From Terrimicrobiaceae bacterium (GTDB lineage: Bacteria > Verrucomicrobiota > Verrucomicrobiia > Chthoniobacterales > Terrimicrobiaceae), in NCBI GenBank assembly GCA_044342325.1, contig JBIIPZ010000004.1:36418-100417 (forward strand): 64,000 nucleotides of DNA, read 5' to 3'. Of the stretch, positions 1 to 8,301 are shown one piece after another. Both the position numbers and the translations under genes were made by a program. Numbering within the stretch: the first letter of the stretch is position 1; each line of letters opens with the position of its first letter. The notes under the pieces are model-generated. The model was not told the origin of the DNA. It ran no database searches and saw only the letters and a list, made by a program, of their open reading frames with translations.

Positions 1-585
1 ATCCATGTGATGGCACTCGTGCACATCGCGGAAGGGTTGGTTATTCCAATAATCGTTACCGTAAATCGAGAGCGCACGAAGCCAAGGGCGGGATGCCGCG
101 AGGGATGCCGTGCCATTTCCATAGTGCAAGTCCATGTCGAGAATGGCTGCCGTGCGGATTTTGCCTTCCGCGCGCAGCGCCTCCAGCGCCACCACAAGGC
201 CGTTGAAAGTGCAGAAGCCCTCGCCGTGATCTGAGCAGGCGTGATGGAATCCGCTGGCCAAGGCCGCCGATGCACCGCTCTCCAACGCACTCCGCGCCGC
301 CGCCAGAACCCCGCCGCCGGTCAGGCAGACGCTTGGAAAAAGCAAGTCGCTCCAAGGGAATTTTTGCGACTCTGCGAGGTCTCGAGGATCGCCGGTTCTC
401 ACCGCATTGACATACTCGGCCGTGTGGACCCTCAACAAATCTTCCTGGGTCAACGGCTCGTTTTTTTCAATAATCACCTGCGGCAGCCACGCTCTCACCT
501 CGCCGGCCACGAGCGCAAACTTCCGCATCGGCATGATATGCTCGCCAATTGGCGCCGCAAATCCGGGGTCATAGAAAAATTTCAT
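1..585 (-). CDS. Histone deacetylase family protein (3' part runs off the window)
   Basis: Not in the ORF track. Translated by hand from ATG 585: MKFFYDPGFAAPIGEHIMPMRKF...LASGFHHACSDHGEGFCTFN...AILDMDLHYGNGT, matching the HDAC/AcuC motifs HHA, GFC-FN and DxDxHxGNGT. Confidence 0.9.
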   Translation of the reverse strand, partial: MKFFYDPGFAAPIGEHIMPMRKFALVAGEVRAWLPQVIIEKNEPLTQEDLLRVHTAEYVNAVRTGDPRDLAESQKFPWSDLLFPSVCLTGGGVLAAARSALESGASAALASGFHHACSDHGEGFCTFNGLVVALEALRAEGKIRTAAILDMDLHYGNGTASLAASRPWLRALSIYGNDYWNNQPFRDVHECHHMD

Positions 586-634
586 GGGAGTGAGTGGAAC
601 CTCTGCTGTAGGACTTTTTCCGATCTGATAGCGC

Positions 635-879
635 CTATAGGTCAAGTTTCTCGAGCAACTCTTCAACAGTCAAAGTGTGGTGAACAGCAACAAGTTTGAG
701 TATGCTTTTGAAGGCGTGCCGAGCCGTGGCAGTGCGTGGTTGGGCACAGTGATGTGAAACTCGCCGTCAAGCTGGGTGGTCAGGCGAATATGGGAGCCGA
801 CCTGTCGGCTGCTTTCATAGACCAAGACCTGCAGCGATTTGATCAAATCCGAGCCAGAGACATTGCGAGGCGTCCTCAC
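635..879 (-). pseudogene. hicA: HicA-family toxin, apparently frameshifted near codon 56
   Basis: ORF 670-879 has the RQVGSHIRL...HITVPNH HicA motifs. The expected helical C-terminus (FKSILKLVAVHHTLTVEELLEKLDL*) lies in another frame ending at 635. Confidence 0.75.
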
Positions 880-1094
880 GCTGCCAGAACTTCATCACGA
901 ACAAAGTGAAGTTGAATCACTCTAAGCTTATGACCGAGAGCGTGATCACTAAAGTGGCAATGCGCCGATTCTTTAACCATCTCACGCAATTCCTCGAGAG
1001 TGCAGCCTTCAGTGACGATGCCGTATCCCAAGGCCGTGGCGACATAGCCGCCATCTACATCGTCTTCCTGAACCTCGAAGATGATTTCGCTCAT
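876..1094 (-). CDS. hicB: HicB-like antitoxin (short form, no DNA-binding domain)
   Basis: 72 aa with EIIFEVQED-DGGYVATA...TEGCTLEELREMVKE; 4-nt overlap with hicA. Confidence 0.8.
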   Translation of the reverse strand: MSEIIFEVQEDDVDGGYVATALGYGIVTEGCTLEELREMVKESAHCHFSDHALGHKLRVIQLHFVRDEVLAA

Positions 1095-1140
1095 AACTGC
1101 AAACTAAGGGGATTGCTGCACACCCGCAAGTCGCGCTTGC

Positions 1141-1310
1141 TTGGGATGATTCTTCACTGCCCGCGTCGGGGGCACAAGAGGGATGCGCGCATCCGGCGAG
1201 GGCTAGCAGCAAAGGGTCTCGAGAACGGCTCGCATATCGCATTTGCGAAAGCCTCGACCATACATTTTGTAGAGGGCGTTGACGGACTGGCGCACCTCGG
1301 CGCCGCTTAC
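1141..1310 (-). pseudogene. Degenerate second copy of the 3' end of the gene at 2440-3297
   Basis: Translates as VSGAEVRQSVNALYKMYGRGFRKCDMRAVLETLCC*PSPDARIPLVPPT, versus VSGAEVCQVVNALYKMYGRSFRKQDMQAVFETLKNYPPPHTRIPLVPPT at 2444-2610; contains an in-frame stop. Confidence 0.9.
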
Positions 1311-1422
1311 GGGAGTTTTCCGTAATGCGACAGCCCGCACGAAGCATCCGATTGAAGTTGCAGCACGAAGGGTAGCCAAGAAGAAGATTGGCTGTCGGGG
1401 ATGCTCGCGCAGATGGTCCCAG

Positions 1423-2349
1423 CTACCCGAGAAGCTTGGCGCGGGCGTCTTTCTCGCTCAGACCACCAGCGACAAGCATCGAAATGGCTTTCTCGATCAC
1501 CGCGTCTTTTTCTGTGAGAGCAGCGTCTTTCTCGGCAAGGGCAGCGTCTTTCTCCGCAAGAGCGGCGCTTTTTTCTGCGAGGGCTGCATTTGTTTCCGCG
1601 ACTAGGCGTTCCATGTCCTCGAGGTCTTCGAGGTAGTCGTCCTCGACCTCCATCGTTTCGCGCACATCGGGTTCGCTGATGGCTTTGATCAGGCGGCGGA
1701 TGACTCCGTGGAATTTCTCTGGGTAATCTTCCTCTCGAATGCTGAGCGTGTGGGCGTCGGCGGGATCTTTCTGGCTTTGGTCGAAGATTCCGAGCAGGGA
1801 TTCCAGATCATTTTGGCGGCGCTGCTTGAGGTGGGGAATTTGCACGATGATGCTGTCGTGGGTGAGGCTCTCGATGAAGTCCTCTTGGTGTGCAATTTGT
1901 TCTCGGCCGGTGGCGTCAAGATACTGACGGACGACTCGGATCACCGGTGATTCGGTATGCTCGAGCGAATGCCCGAGCAGGTAGATGCTCAGGATCGGCA
2001 TGGCGCGCAGTTCGCCATCGACCATGTAGGAATTCTCCTTCGAGAGGTATTGCCGACCGAGATATTTGCGAAAGCGCATGATGTCGGACGCAAATTTCGC
2101 CTTCTGGATTTCAATGATGACGAGCTTTTCTCCGCCGTTGGGCAGTGCGATACGGGCCGAGAAATCGATCCGGAACACCGTGACATTGCGTTGCTCGACA
2201 TCGGTGCGGTGCTCGGTCGGACGAAACGTCAACTCCACAATCTCCTCACCGATCATCGTCGAGAGAAAAAGCCGAGCGACCCGGTTGTCGTCCAGTAGGT
2301 ATTTGAACGCTCCGTCGTAAATTGGATTGGCGATGCGCGTTAAGCCCAT
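1423..2349 (-). CDS. PD-(D/E)XK nuclease family protein (Rpn/PDDEXK_2-like) with coiled-coil tail
   Basis: Motifs NPIYDGAFKYL, RIDF, IIEIQK, RFRKYL. Start placed at ATG 2349 (the track uses TTG 2385). Confidence 0.75.
   Translation of the reverse strand: MGLTRIANPIYDGAFKYLLDDNRVARLFLSTMIGEEIVELTFRPTEHRTDVEQRNVTVFRIDFSARIALPNGGEKLVIIEIQKAKFASDIMRFRKYLGRQYLSKENSYMVDGELRAMPILSIYLLGHSLEHTESPVIRVVRQYLDATGREQIAHQEDFIESLTHDSIIVQIPHLKQRRQNDLESLLGIFDQSQKDPADAHTLSIREEDYPEKFHGVIRRLIKAISEPDVRETMEVEDDYLEDLEDMERLVAETNAALAEKSAALAEKDAALAEKDAALTEKDAVIEKAISMLVAGGLSEKDARAKLLG
1502..1587 (-). repeat. Four imperfect 21-bp tandem repeats encoding AAL(A/T)EK(D/S) heptads
   Basis: Protein reads AALAEKS-AALAEKD-AALAEKD-AALTEKD. 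Confidence 0.85.
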
Positions 2350-2439
2350 AGAGCCAACCTCGCCCTCAAGACACGGGCAGGTCAAGTCAAAGGACTATCC
2401 AAAGAAAGAGGCGAGAGGTCTCCCGCAGACAAGCAGACC

Positions 2440-3297
2440 TTATTTGGGATTCTTCAGCTCGCTTGTGGGCGGCACGAGTGGGATGCGGGTATGCGGCGGT
2501 GGGTAGTTTTTGAGGGTTTCGAAGACGGCTTGCATGTCCTGTTTCCGGAAGCTGCGGCCATACATTTTATAGAGGGCGTTGACGACCTGGCACACCTCCG
2601 CGCCGCTGACAAATTCCTCCTGCTCCCTGCCGATGCGGCGCAGCATGAGGCAGAGGGGGATGGGTTTCGGGCCGTTATCCTGGTCGATGACTTGCGGGTC
2701 GCGGAAATCCGGTTGCCAGTAGTCCACAAGCTCGGGGTCTACCATTTTGTATCCGGCCTTCTCATAAGCGGTGAGACGGATTTCTGTTGCGGCGTGGCTG
2801 GGGTTGAAATGCTCCATCTCGCCGACCAGCGTCACAGGGGCATCAATCGGACGGCCTGCCGCCGCGAGGGCCTCAAGCGCGGTCGAGACTGGTAGGGCAC
2901 GGAGCCAGCCGGCGATGCCGCTGCGCCTCCATGCGGGGGCGACCAGATTATGGGCCAAGTGGACGATGGCACCGGGCTCCTCTGCGAGGAGGATGGCTGT
3001 TTGGTCCCTCACCGCAACAAACTCGCCGTTGTGGGTGATGACTTGCATGGCATAAAGTAGAGCGGCTTCGTCGTGAATTTGCGAGGGATGCCATTTCATT
3101 CGCTCGGCAATAACTTCCTCCTGCTCCATTTCGCCTGCTGCACCGAATTCCTTCCAGAGCGCTCCGAAGGCGGTTTCGAAAAACAGATCGTCCGTGGAGC
3201 GGATCGTGTGCAATTCCAGTCCGCTCCAATCGCCTTGCAGGCTTTTGGTATCGCCCGGAGCGAGGTGCTCCGGTCGCATCCATGGCTGGAGGTTCAT
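2440..3297 (-). CDS. Hypothetical protein, probable GNAT-like acetyltransferase
   Basis: 285 aa; LVAPAWRRSGIAG resembles the acetyl-CoA-binding motif, followed by RLTAYEKAGY...YWQP; TAATG overlap with the msbA stop. Confidence 0.6.
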   Translation of the reverse strand: MNLQPWMRPEHLAPGDTKSLQGDWSGLELHTIRSTDDLFFETAFGALWKEFGAAGEMEQEEVIAERMKWHPSQIHDEAALLYAMQVITHNGEFVAVRDQTAILLAEEPGAIVHLAHNLVAPAWRRSGIAGWLRALPVSTALEALAAAGRPIDAPVTLVGEMEHFNPSHAATEIRLTAYEKAGYKMVDPELVDYWQPDFRDPQVIDQDNGPKPIPLCLMLRRIGREQEEFVSGAEVCQVVNALYKMYGRSFRKQDMQAVFETLKNYPPPHTRIPLVPPTSELKNPK

Positions 3298-5129
3298 TAC
3301 ACAGTCACCGAGGGGGCAGGGCCCTCGCTGTGGTGGAATTGGAGTTCATAGAGGCTGCGGTAGAGGTCGGATTTCACGAGGAGTTCCTCATGGCGGCCGG
3401 TGGCTGCGATACGGCCGTGGTCCATGACGACGATGCAGTCGGATTTGAGAATGGTCGAGAGGCGGTGGGCGATGGCGACCACGGTGCGGCCCTCGGAGAG
3501 GCGTTCCAGCGCGGCCTGGACCATGCGCTCGCTTTCGGAGTCGAGTGCGGATGTGGCCTCGTCGAGGAGCAGGACGGGTGCGTTCTTGAGCAGGGCGCGG
3601 GCGATGGCCAGGCGTTGCTGCTGTCCACCGCTGAGCATGCAGCCCTTGTCGCCGACGATGGTTTCGTAGCCGTCTGGTTGGGCCATGATGAAGTCGTGCG
3701 CGAAGGCGGATTTGGCGGCGGCGATGACCTCGTCCTTGGTCGCATCGAGCCGTCCGTAGCGGATGTTCTCAAAAATCGTGTCGTGGAACAAAAAGGTCTC
3801 CTGCGTGACCATGCCAACTTGCTCGCGGAGCGAGTGCTGGGCGAGGTCGCGGAGATCGGTGCCATCGAGACGCACCACGCCGTGTTGGGGATCGTAGAAC
3901 CGCATGATGAGCGAGAGAATCGTGCTCTTGCCCGCTCCGCTTGCTCCTACCAGTGCGTATTTTTTCCCCTGCTCGATATGGAGGGTTACATTTTGAACGG
4001 CGGCTTTATCCGTGCCGTAATCGAAGCTTACATTTTCCAAATCGATGCGACCTTCGCAATGCGTGAGAACGTTGGCGCCAGGCTTGTCCGTGATGCTTGG
4101 CGTCATGCTCATGAGAGAAAAAACATTCTCTGCCGAGACCATCGACTTTTGCATAAGCATCGGAATGCGGCTGAGATTTTTCACGGGGTTGTAGAGCATG
4201 AAAATTCCCCCGCAGAGGGCGGCGAATTTGATGAAACTGATGTCGTAATAGTAGACATAGATCATGGCCAAAACGACCCCGAAGGCTGCGACGGATTCGA
4301 TGAGGGGCTGGACGATGTCGGAACTTCTGCGCACTCGAAGGCTGTTGCGGCATTGGGTGTCGCTGGATTTCGCAAATTGCGCGGTCTGGTAGTCCTCGCG
4401 GGCAAAGCTTTTGATGACTCTGACGCCTGCAAAAGTTTCTTGGAGGATGATCGACATTTGCGCCGCTTCTTTTTCCTCCGCCTTGCCCGCCGAACGCACT
4501 TTGCGTCCAAAAACAACGACTGGAATAATGCAGAGTGGGAAAAGAACCAGCGTGGTGAGGCTGAATTTCCAATCAATCGCAACCAGCACGCCGACTTGCG
4601 TGAGAATAGCAATCGGATCCTTGATAATATCTCCAGAGATCGAGGTGAGTGCGTTTTGCGTGACGCGGGTGTCACTCATGACCCGCGACATGAGCTTGCC
4701 GGCCTTTTCGCGATTGAAAAAATCGAGCGACTGCGACATCAGACGAGAGAAAAGCTGGGTACGGATGTCGCGCAGAACACGCAGGCTGACCCACGCAAGA
4801 TAATAGACATTCAGGTAGGAAAAAAGCCCGCGCAGAACCATAACCAGAGGGATGAGCAGGCTTATCCAGATCACCCCCTCGATACCAGGGCCGTCGTTCG
4901 AGATCGCCCCCGGCACAAGGGCTGATTTGTCGACTTTGACGCCGATGGATTCCCCGGCCTTCAGGATGACCAGTGTCAACGATCCACTCACGATGCCAGC
5001 GAGCACGCCAAAGAGAATGCCAAGAAAAAACCGCCTCCTATAGGGCTTCATGTATCCGAGCAAGCGCAGATACGGACTCCAAAAGGCCCGCAGCAGTTGC
5101 GGGAAGGGAAGCTTGGCAGGTTTAGACAT
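3297..5129 (-). CDS. msbA: MsbA-like ABC exporter (fused permease and ATPase)
   Basis: Transmembrane domain plus GASGAGKST, LSGGQ and LLLDEATSALD. Confidence 0.8.
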   Translation of the reverse strand: MSKPAKLPFPQLLRAFWSPYLRLLGYMKPYRRRFFLGILFGVLAGIVSGSLTLVILKAGESIGVKVDKSALVPGAISNDGPGIEGVIWISLLIPLVMVLRGLFSYLNVYYLAWVSLRVLRDIRTQLFSRLMSQSLDFFNREKAGKLMSRVMSDTRVTQNALTSISGDIIKDPIAILTQVGVLVAIDWKFSLTTLVLFPLCIIPVVVFGRKVRSAGKAEEKEAAQMSIILQETFAGVRVIKSFAREDYQTAQFAKSSDTQCRNSLRVRRSSDIVQPLIESVAAFGVVLAMIYVYYYDISFIKFAALCGGIFMLYNPVKNLSRIPMLMQKSMVSAENVFSLMSMTPSITDKPGANVLTHCEGRIDLENVSFDYGTDKAAVQNVTLHIEQGKKYALVGASGAGKSTILSLIMRFYDPQHGVVRLDGTDLRDLAQHSLREQVGMVTQETFLFHDTIFENIRYGRLDATKDEVIAAAKSAFAHDFIMAQPDGYETIVGDKGCMLSGGQQQRLAIARALLKNAPVLLLDEATSALDSESERMVQAALERLSEGRTVVAIAHRLSTILKSDCIVVMDHGRIAATGRHEELLVKSDLYRSLYELQFHHSEGPAPSVTV

Positions 5130-5190
5130 GGGATTTGTGCAAAACTAACGCAACCGCGTGCAGGTGCGCCACACTGATCATCGGGATGCG

Positions 5191-5222
5191 AAAAAGGCAG
5201 GGCATCGCTGCCCTGCCTTTTT
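5191..5222. terminator. Intrinsic terminator downstream of rhaEW (symmetric, possibly bidirectional)
   Basis: AAAAAGGCAGGGCA-TCGC-TGCCCTGCCTTTTT, a perfect inverted repeat with A/T tails. Confidence 0.85.
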
Positions 5223-5243
5223 GAGTTGGGATTTTTCCTTGGG

Positions 5244-7472
5244 TTAACGCAGGAACGCCTCGTGCAGGCCGCCATCCACCGTCACGATCTGTCCGGTTGT
5301 TTTGGACAGCCTATCGGCGATGAGGAGGAAGTAGGCTTCCGCCTGATCGGCCGGGGTGATGGGCGAGCGCGTGAGTGTGCGGTCGGCGTAGAACTGCGCG
5401 AGCTTGGTCGTAAGCGAATCGGTGGCTTCGTCGTCGGTGTAAGGAATGCCGTATTTTGCGAGCGAGCCGATGACGCGGTCGCGAGGGAACATGGCGCTGC
5501 CTTGAACGACTGTGGCCGGGGCGACGCCGTTGACACGCACGAGCGGGGCGAGTTCCATCGCGAGTTCGCGCACGAGGTGGTTCGCGGCAGCCTTTGAGGT
5601 GTCGTAGGCAACGCTGCCTTTCTTGGCGACGGCGGCGTTTGCGCTCGTGGTGAGAACCATCGATCCGCGCAGGCCTTGGGCTTTAAAGTCCTTCGAGGCT
5701 TCGTCGGCGACGAGGTAGCTGCCGGTGACATTGATATTGAAGGTAAGCGCCCACTTGTCGTCGGGGATGTGCCCAGTCGTGTCGCTTGGCACAAAAATGC
5801 CGGCTGTGACGGCTATGGAATCGAATCCGCCGTAGGCAAGGATGACTTGGTTGAGCATGGCGCGGATGCTTTCGCGCTTGGTGACATCCGCCTGCAGGCC
5901 GATGGCCGATCCGCAGCCTGAGATGCCGGTTCCGGCGACACCGATTCCGAGGCCGGTTTTGGCGAGGATTTCATCCGCCGTGGCTTGTGCCGCTGCTTGG
6001 TTGAGATCTACGCAAACGATGTGCGCGCCCTCGCGAACGAGGCGCAGGGCGGTTTCGCGGCCGATACCACTGCCGGCACCGATCACTATGACAACACGGC
6101 CGGCAAGTTCTTTGTCCGCTGGCATGCGGCGGAGTTTGGCCTCTTCAAGGGCCCAGTATTCGATATCGAATGCCTCTTGGGCTGGAAGCGAGATATAGCC
6201 ACCGAGAGCCTCGGCGCCGCGCATGACTTCGACCGCGCAGTTGTAGAATTCGGCCGTGACGCGGGATTCCGATTTGTCTTTTCCAAATGCCACCATCCCG
6301 AGGCCGGCGATGAGAATGACGGTTGGGTTCGGGTCGCGCATGGCGGGAGAATCGGCCCGCTTGCAGGCATTGTAATAGTCGGCGTAGTCGGCGCGGTATT
6401 TCTCGAGACCCGCGGCGAGTTGGGTTTTCAGCGAGGCGACGATCTCGTCCACTGGCGTGTCCGCCTTGGGAGCGGTGCCGATGTAGAGGGGCTTGATCTT
6501 GGTGCGCAGGAAGTGGTCGGGGCAGCTGGTGCCAAGCTCGGCAAGGCGCGGGGCGTCCTTCGAGTTCACAAAGCGCAGGATTTTTTCGTTATCTTGGATT
6601 GTCGCGATGAAGCGTTTCTTTTGGCTCACCTGGCCGCGAAGCCATGGCAGCAGGGCGGCGAAGACCTCGCGGCGTTTTTCCTCGGGCAGGGCGGCTTGGA
6701 CGGCTCCGCCGAAAATAGAGGCCTCGCCGCCGCGTTCAGCCTGCTTTTTCTCAATATGCTCGGCAGCTTTTTCGATCAGTTCCAGAGTGAGTTCGTAGCA
6801 CTCGCGGCCGGTTTTTCCCCAGTTGATGAGGCCGTGCTGGCCCATGATGAAGCCTTTGGCTTGCGGATGATTTTTGCAGGCTTCCTGCATGGCGAGTCCG
6901 AGTTCGAAGCCTGGGCGCATCCAAGGAATATGCACGACATCGTCGCCGTAGATTTCCTTCGTCACCTCGACGCTCTTCGCGCAGGCGGCCACGGAAATGG
7001 CGGCGTTCGGGTGTGTGTGGTCCACATGGGCGTGCGGGATGAAGCTGTGGAGCGGCGTGTCGATCGAGGAGGGGCGGGGATTCAGGTTGAAGGTGCAATG
7101 CGAGAACATGCCGACCATTTCGTCTTCGGCGGGCGATTTCAGGCCTTTCTCGGTGCGGGCGGCATAGACGCGCTGGAGATCGAGGAGTTTGGATTGGTAG
7201 AGGGAGGAGAAGTTTTCTTTCTTCGATGTCCGCAAGTCGCCGCCGGAGCCCTTCACCCACATCACTTCGACCATCTCGCCGGTCAGCGGGTCTTTTTCGG
7301 AAATCTTGGACGAGGTGTTGCCTCCGCCGGTGTTGGTGATCCGCTGGTCGGTGCCGAGGCAATTCGAGCGGTGAATGAGTTCTTCCACGGAATCCGGCGC
7401 GACGGGGTCTGCGGGATTCCAGTGCATGGTGACATGTTTCATGTTGGATGGGGTGGGGCTTGTTGTTGGCAT
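5244..7472 (-). CDS. rhaEW: Bifunctional rhamnulose-1-phosphate aldolase / short-chain (lactaldehyde) dehydrogenase
   Basis: Class II aldolase motifs GGGNTSSK, KGSG, SIDTPLH, HTH and CPDHFLRTK, plus SDR motifs GAGSGIG and YDTSK. Confidence 0.9.
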   Translation of the reverse strand: MPTTSPTPSNMKHVTMHWNPADPVAPDSVEELIHRSNCLGTDQRITNTGGGNTSSKISEKDPLTGEMVEVMWVKGSGGDLRTSKKENFSSLYQSKLLDLQRVYAARTEKGLKSPAEDEMVGMFSHCTFNLNPRPSSIDTPLHSFIPHAHVDHTHPNAAISVAACAKSVEVTKEIYGDDVVHIPWMRPGFELGLAMQEACKNHPQAKGFIMGQHGLINWGKTGRECYELTLELIEKAAEHIEKKQAERGGEASIFGGAVQAALPEEKRREVFAALLPWLRGQVSQKKRFIATIQDNEKILRFVNSKDAPRLAELGTSCPDHFLRTKIKPLYIGTAPKADTPVDEIVASLKTQLAAGLEKYRADYADYYNACKRADSPAMRDPNPTVILIAGLGMVAFGKDKSESRVTAEFYNCAVEVMRGAEALGGYISLPAQEAFDIEYWALEEAKLRRMPADKELAGRVVIVIGAGSGIGRETALRLVREGAHIVCVDLNQAAAQATADEILAKTGLGIGVAGTGISGCGSAIGLQADVTKRESIRAMLNQVILAYGGFDSIAVTAGIFVPSDTTGHIPDDKWALTFNINVTGSYLVADEASKDFKAQGLRGSMVLTTSANAAVAKKGSVAYDTSKAAANHLVRELAMELAPLVRVNGVAPATVVQGSAMFPRDRVIGSLAKYGIPYTDDEATDSLTTKLAQFYADRTLTRSPITPADQAEAYFLLIADRLSKTTGQIVTVDGGLHEAFLR

Positions 7473-7539
7473 TGGTTTTGTTTATGTTGTTTTTTTATTG
7501 TTTGTCGAATAAAAAAGGATTTAAACAAAGAAAAAACCA
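7473..7539. promoter_or_regulatory. Divergent rhaEW/rhaR control region with AAACAA-type repeats, probable DeoR operator
   Basis: Very AT-rich 67-bp spacer with repeated (A)AACAA units on both strands between divergent starts. Confidence 0.5.
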
Positions 7540-8301
7540 ATGCTCGCTCTGGAACGCCATCGCAAATTAATCGAATGTCTGAACGCCCGAGGCAGCGTGC
7601 GAACCGCTGAGGTCGCCACCGAACTCGGCGTGACAGAAGAAACCGTGCGCCGTGATTTCGAGCGCCTAGAAACGGATGGTCAACTCGTGCGCACGCATGG
7701 CGGGGCTTTGCGATTGGATGTGAGTCGGCGGGAGTTCCCCATGCGCGAGCGCATGGCGCAGAATGCCTCCGCTAAGGCGCGCATCGCCCGTGCCGCACTG
7801 GCCCGCGTGGCCGAGGGAAGCACGGTTTTTTTCGATGCCAGCACCACAGTTCTCCAACTGGCAGCAATTCTTCCCGACAAGCCGCTCACGGTGATCACGA
7901 ACTCGCTCCAAGTCGCCCTTTCCCTGGCAGAAAAAAATCACATTTCCGTTTGTCTTCTCGGCGGTCGCTTGGCGCAGTCTTCGCTTTCCTGCACTGGTTG
8001 GGCTGCTATGCAGGGTCTTGAAATGAACCGCATCGACTCCGCTTTTATCTCATGCCGTGGACTCGACCCCGCGCTCGGGCTCAGCGACGCCACTGAGGAG
8101 CAGGCCCAACTCAAAAGGCAGGTTGTTCTGAGAGCCTCTGAGGTCGTTCTTTTGGCCGATCAGACGAAAGCCGGCTTGTCCTCGAGTTTTTTCTTCGCCA
8201 AAAATTCCGATGTGGATTTTTGGATCACTGATTTCCCCCCGCAGGATGATGTGCGCGATGCTGTCGTTTCACAGGGAGTGCGCTTGGAGGTGGCAGAATG
8301 A
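7540..8301 (+). CDS. DeoR/GlpR family transcriptional regulator (rhamnose)
   Basis: HTH segment GVTEETVRRD, then RTHGGA and FFDASTT. Confidence 0.9.
   Translation: MLALERHRKLIECLNARGSVRTAEVATELGVTEETVRRDFERLETDGQLVRTHGGALRLDVSRREFPMRERMAQNASAKARIARAALARVAEGSTVFFDASTTVLQLAAILPDKPLTVITNSLQVALSLAEKNHISVCLLGGRLAQSSLSCTGWAAMQGLEMNRIDSAFISCRGLDPALGLSDATEEQAQLKRQVVLRASEVVLLADQTKAGLSSSFFFAKNSDVDFWITDFPPQDDVRDAVVSQGVRLEVAE

Noticed and set aside
1502..1587. Tandem repeats as a possible CRISPR array
   Set aside because: No spacers; these are in-frame coding heptads, and no cas genes are present
3282..4925. 547-aa + strand ORF
   Set aside because: Antisense shadow of msbA, typical of GC-rich codon bias; no motifs
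5985..7610. 541-aa + strand ORF
   Set aside because: Antisense shadow of rhaEW
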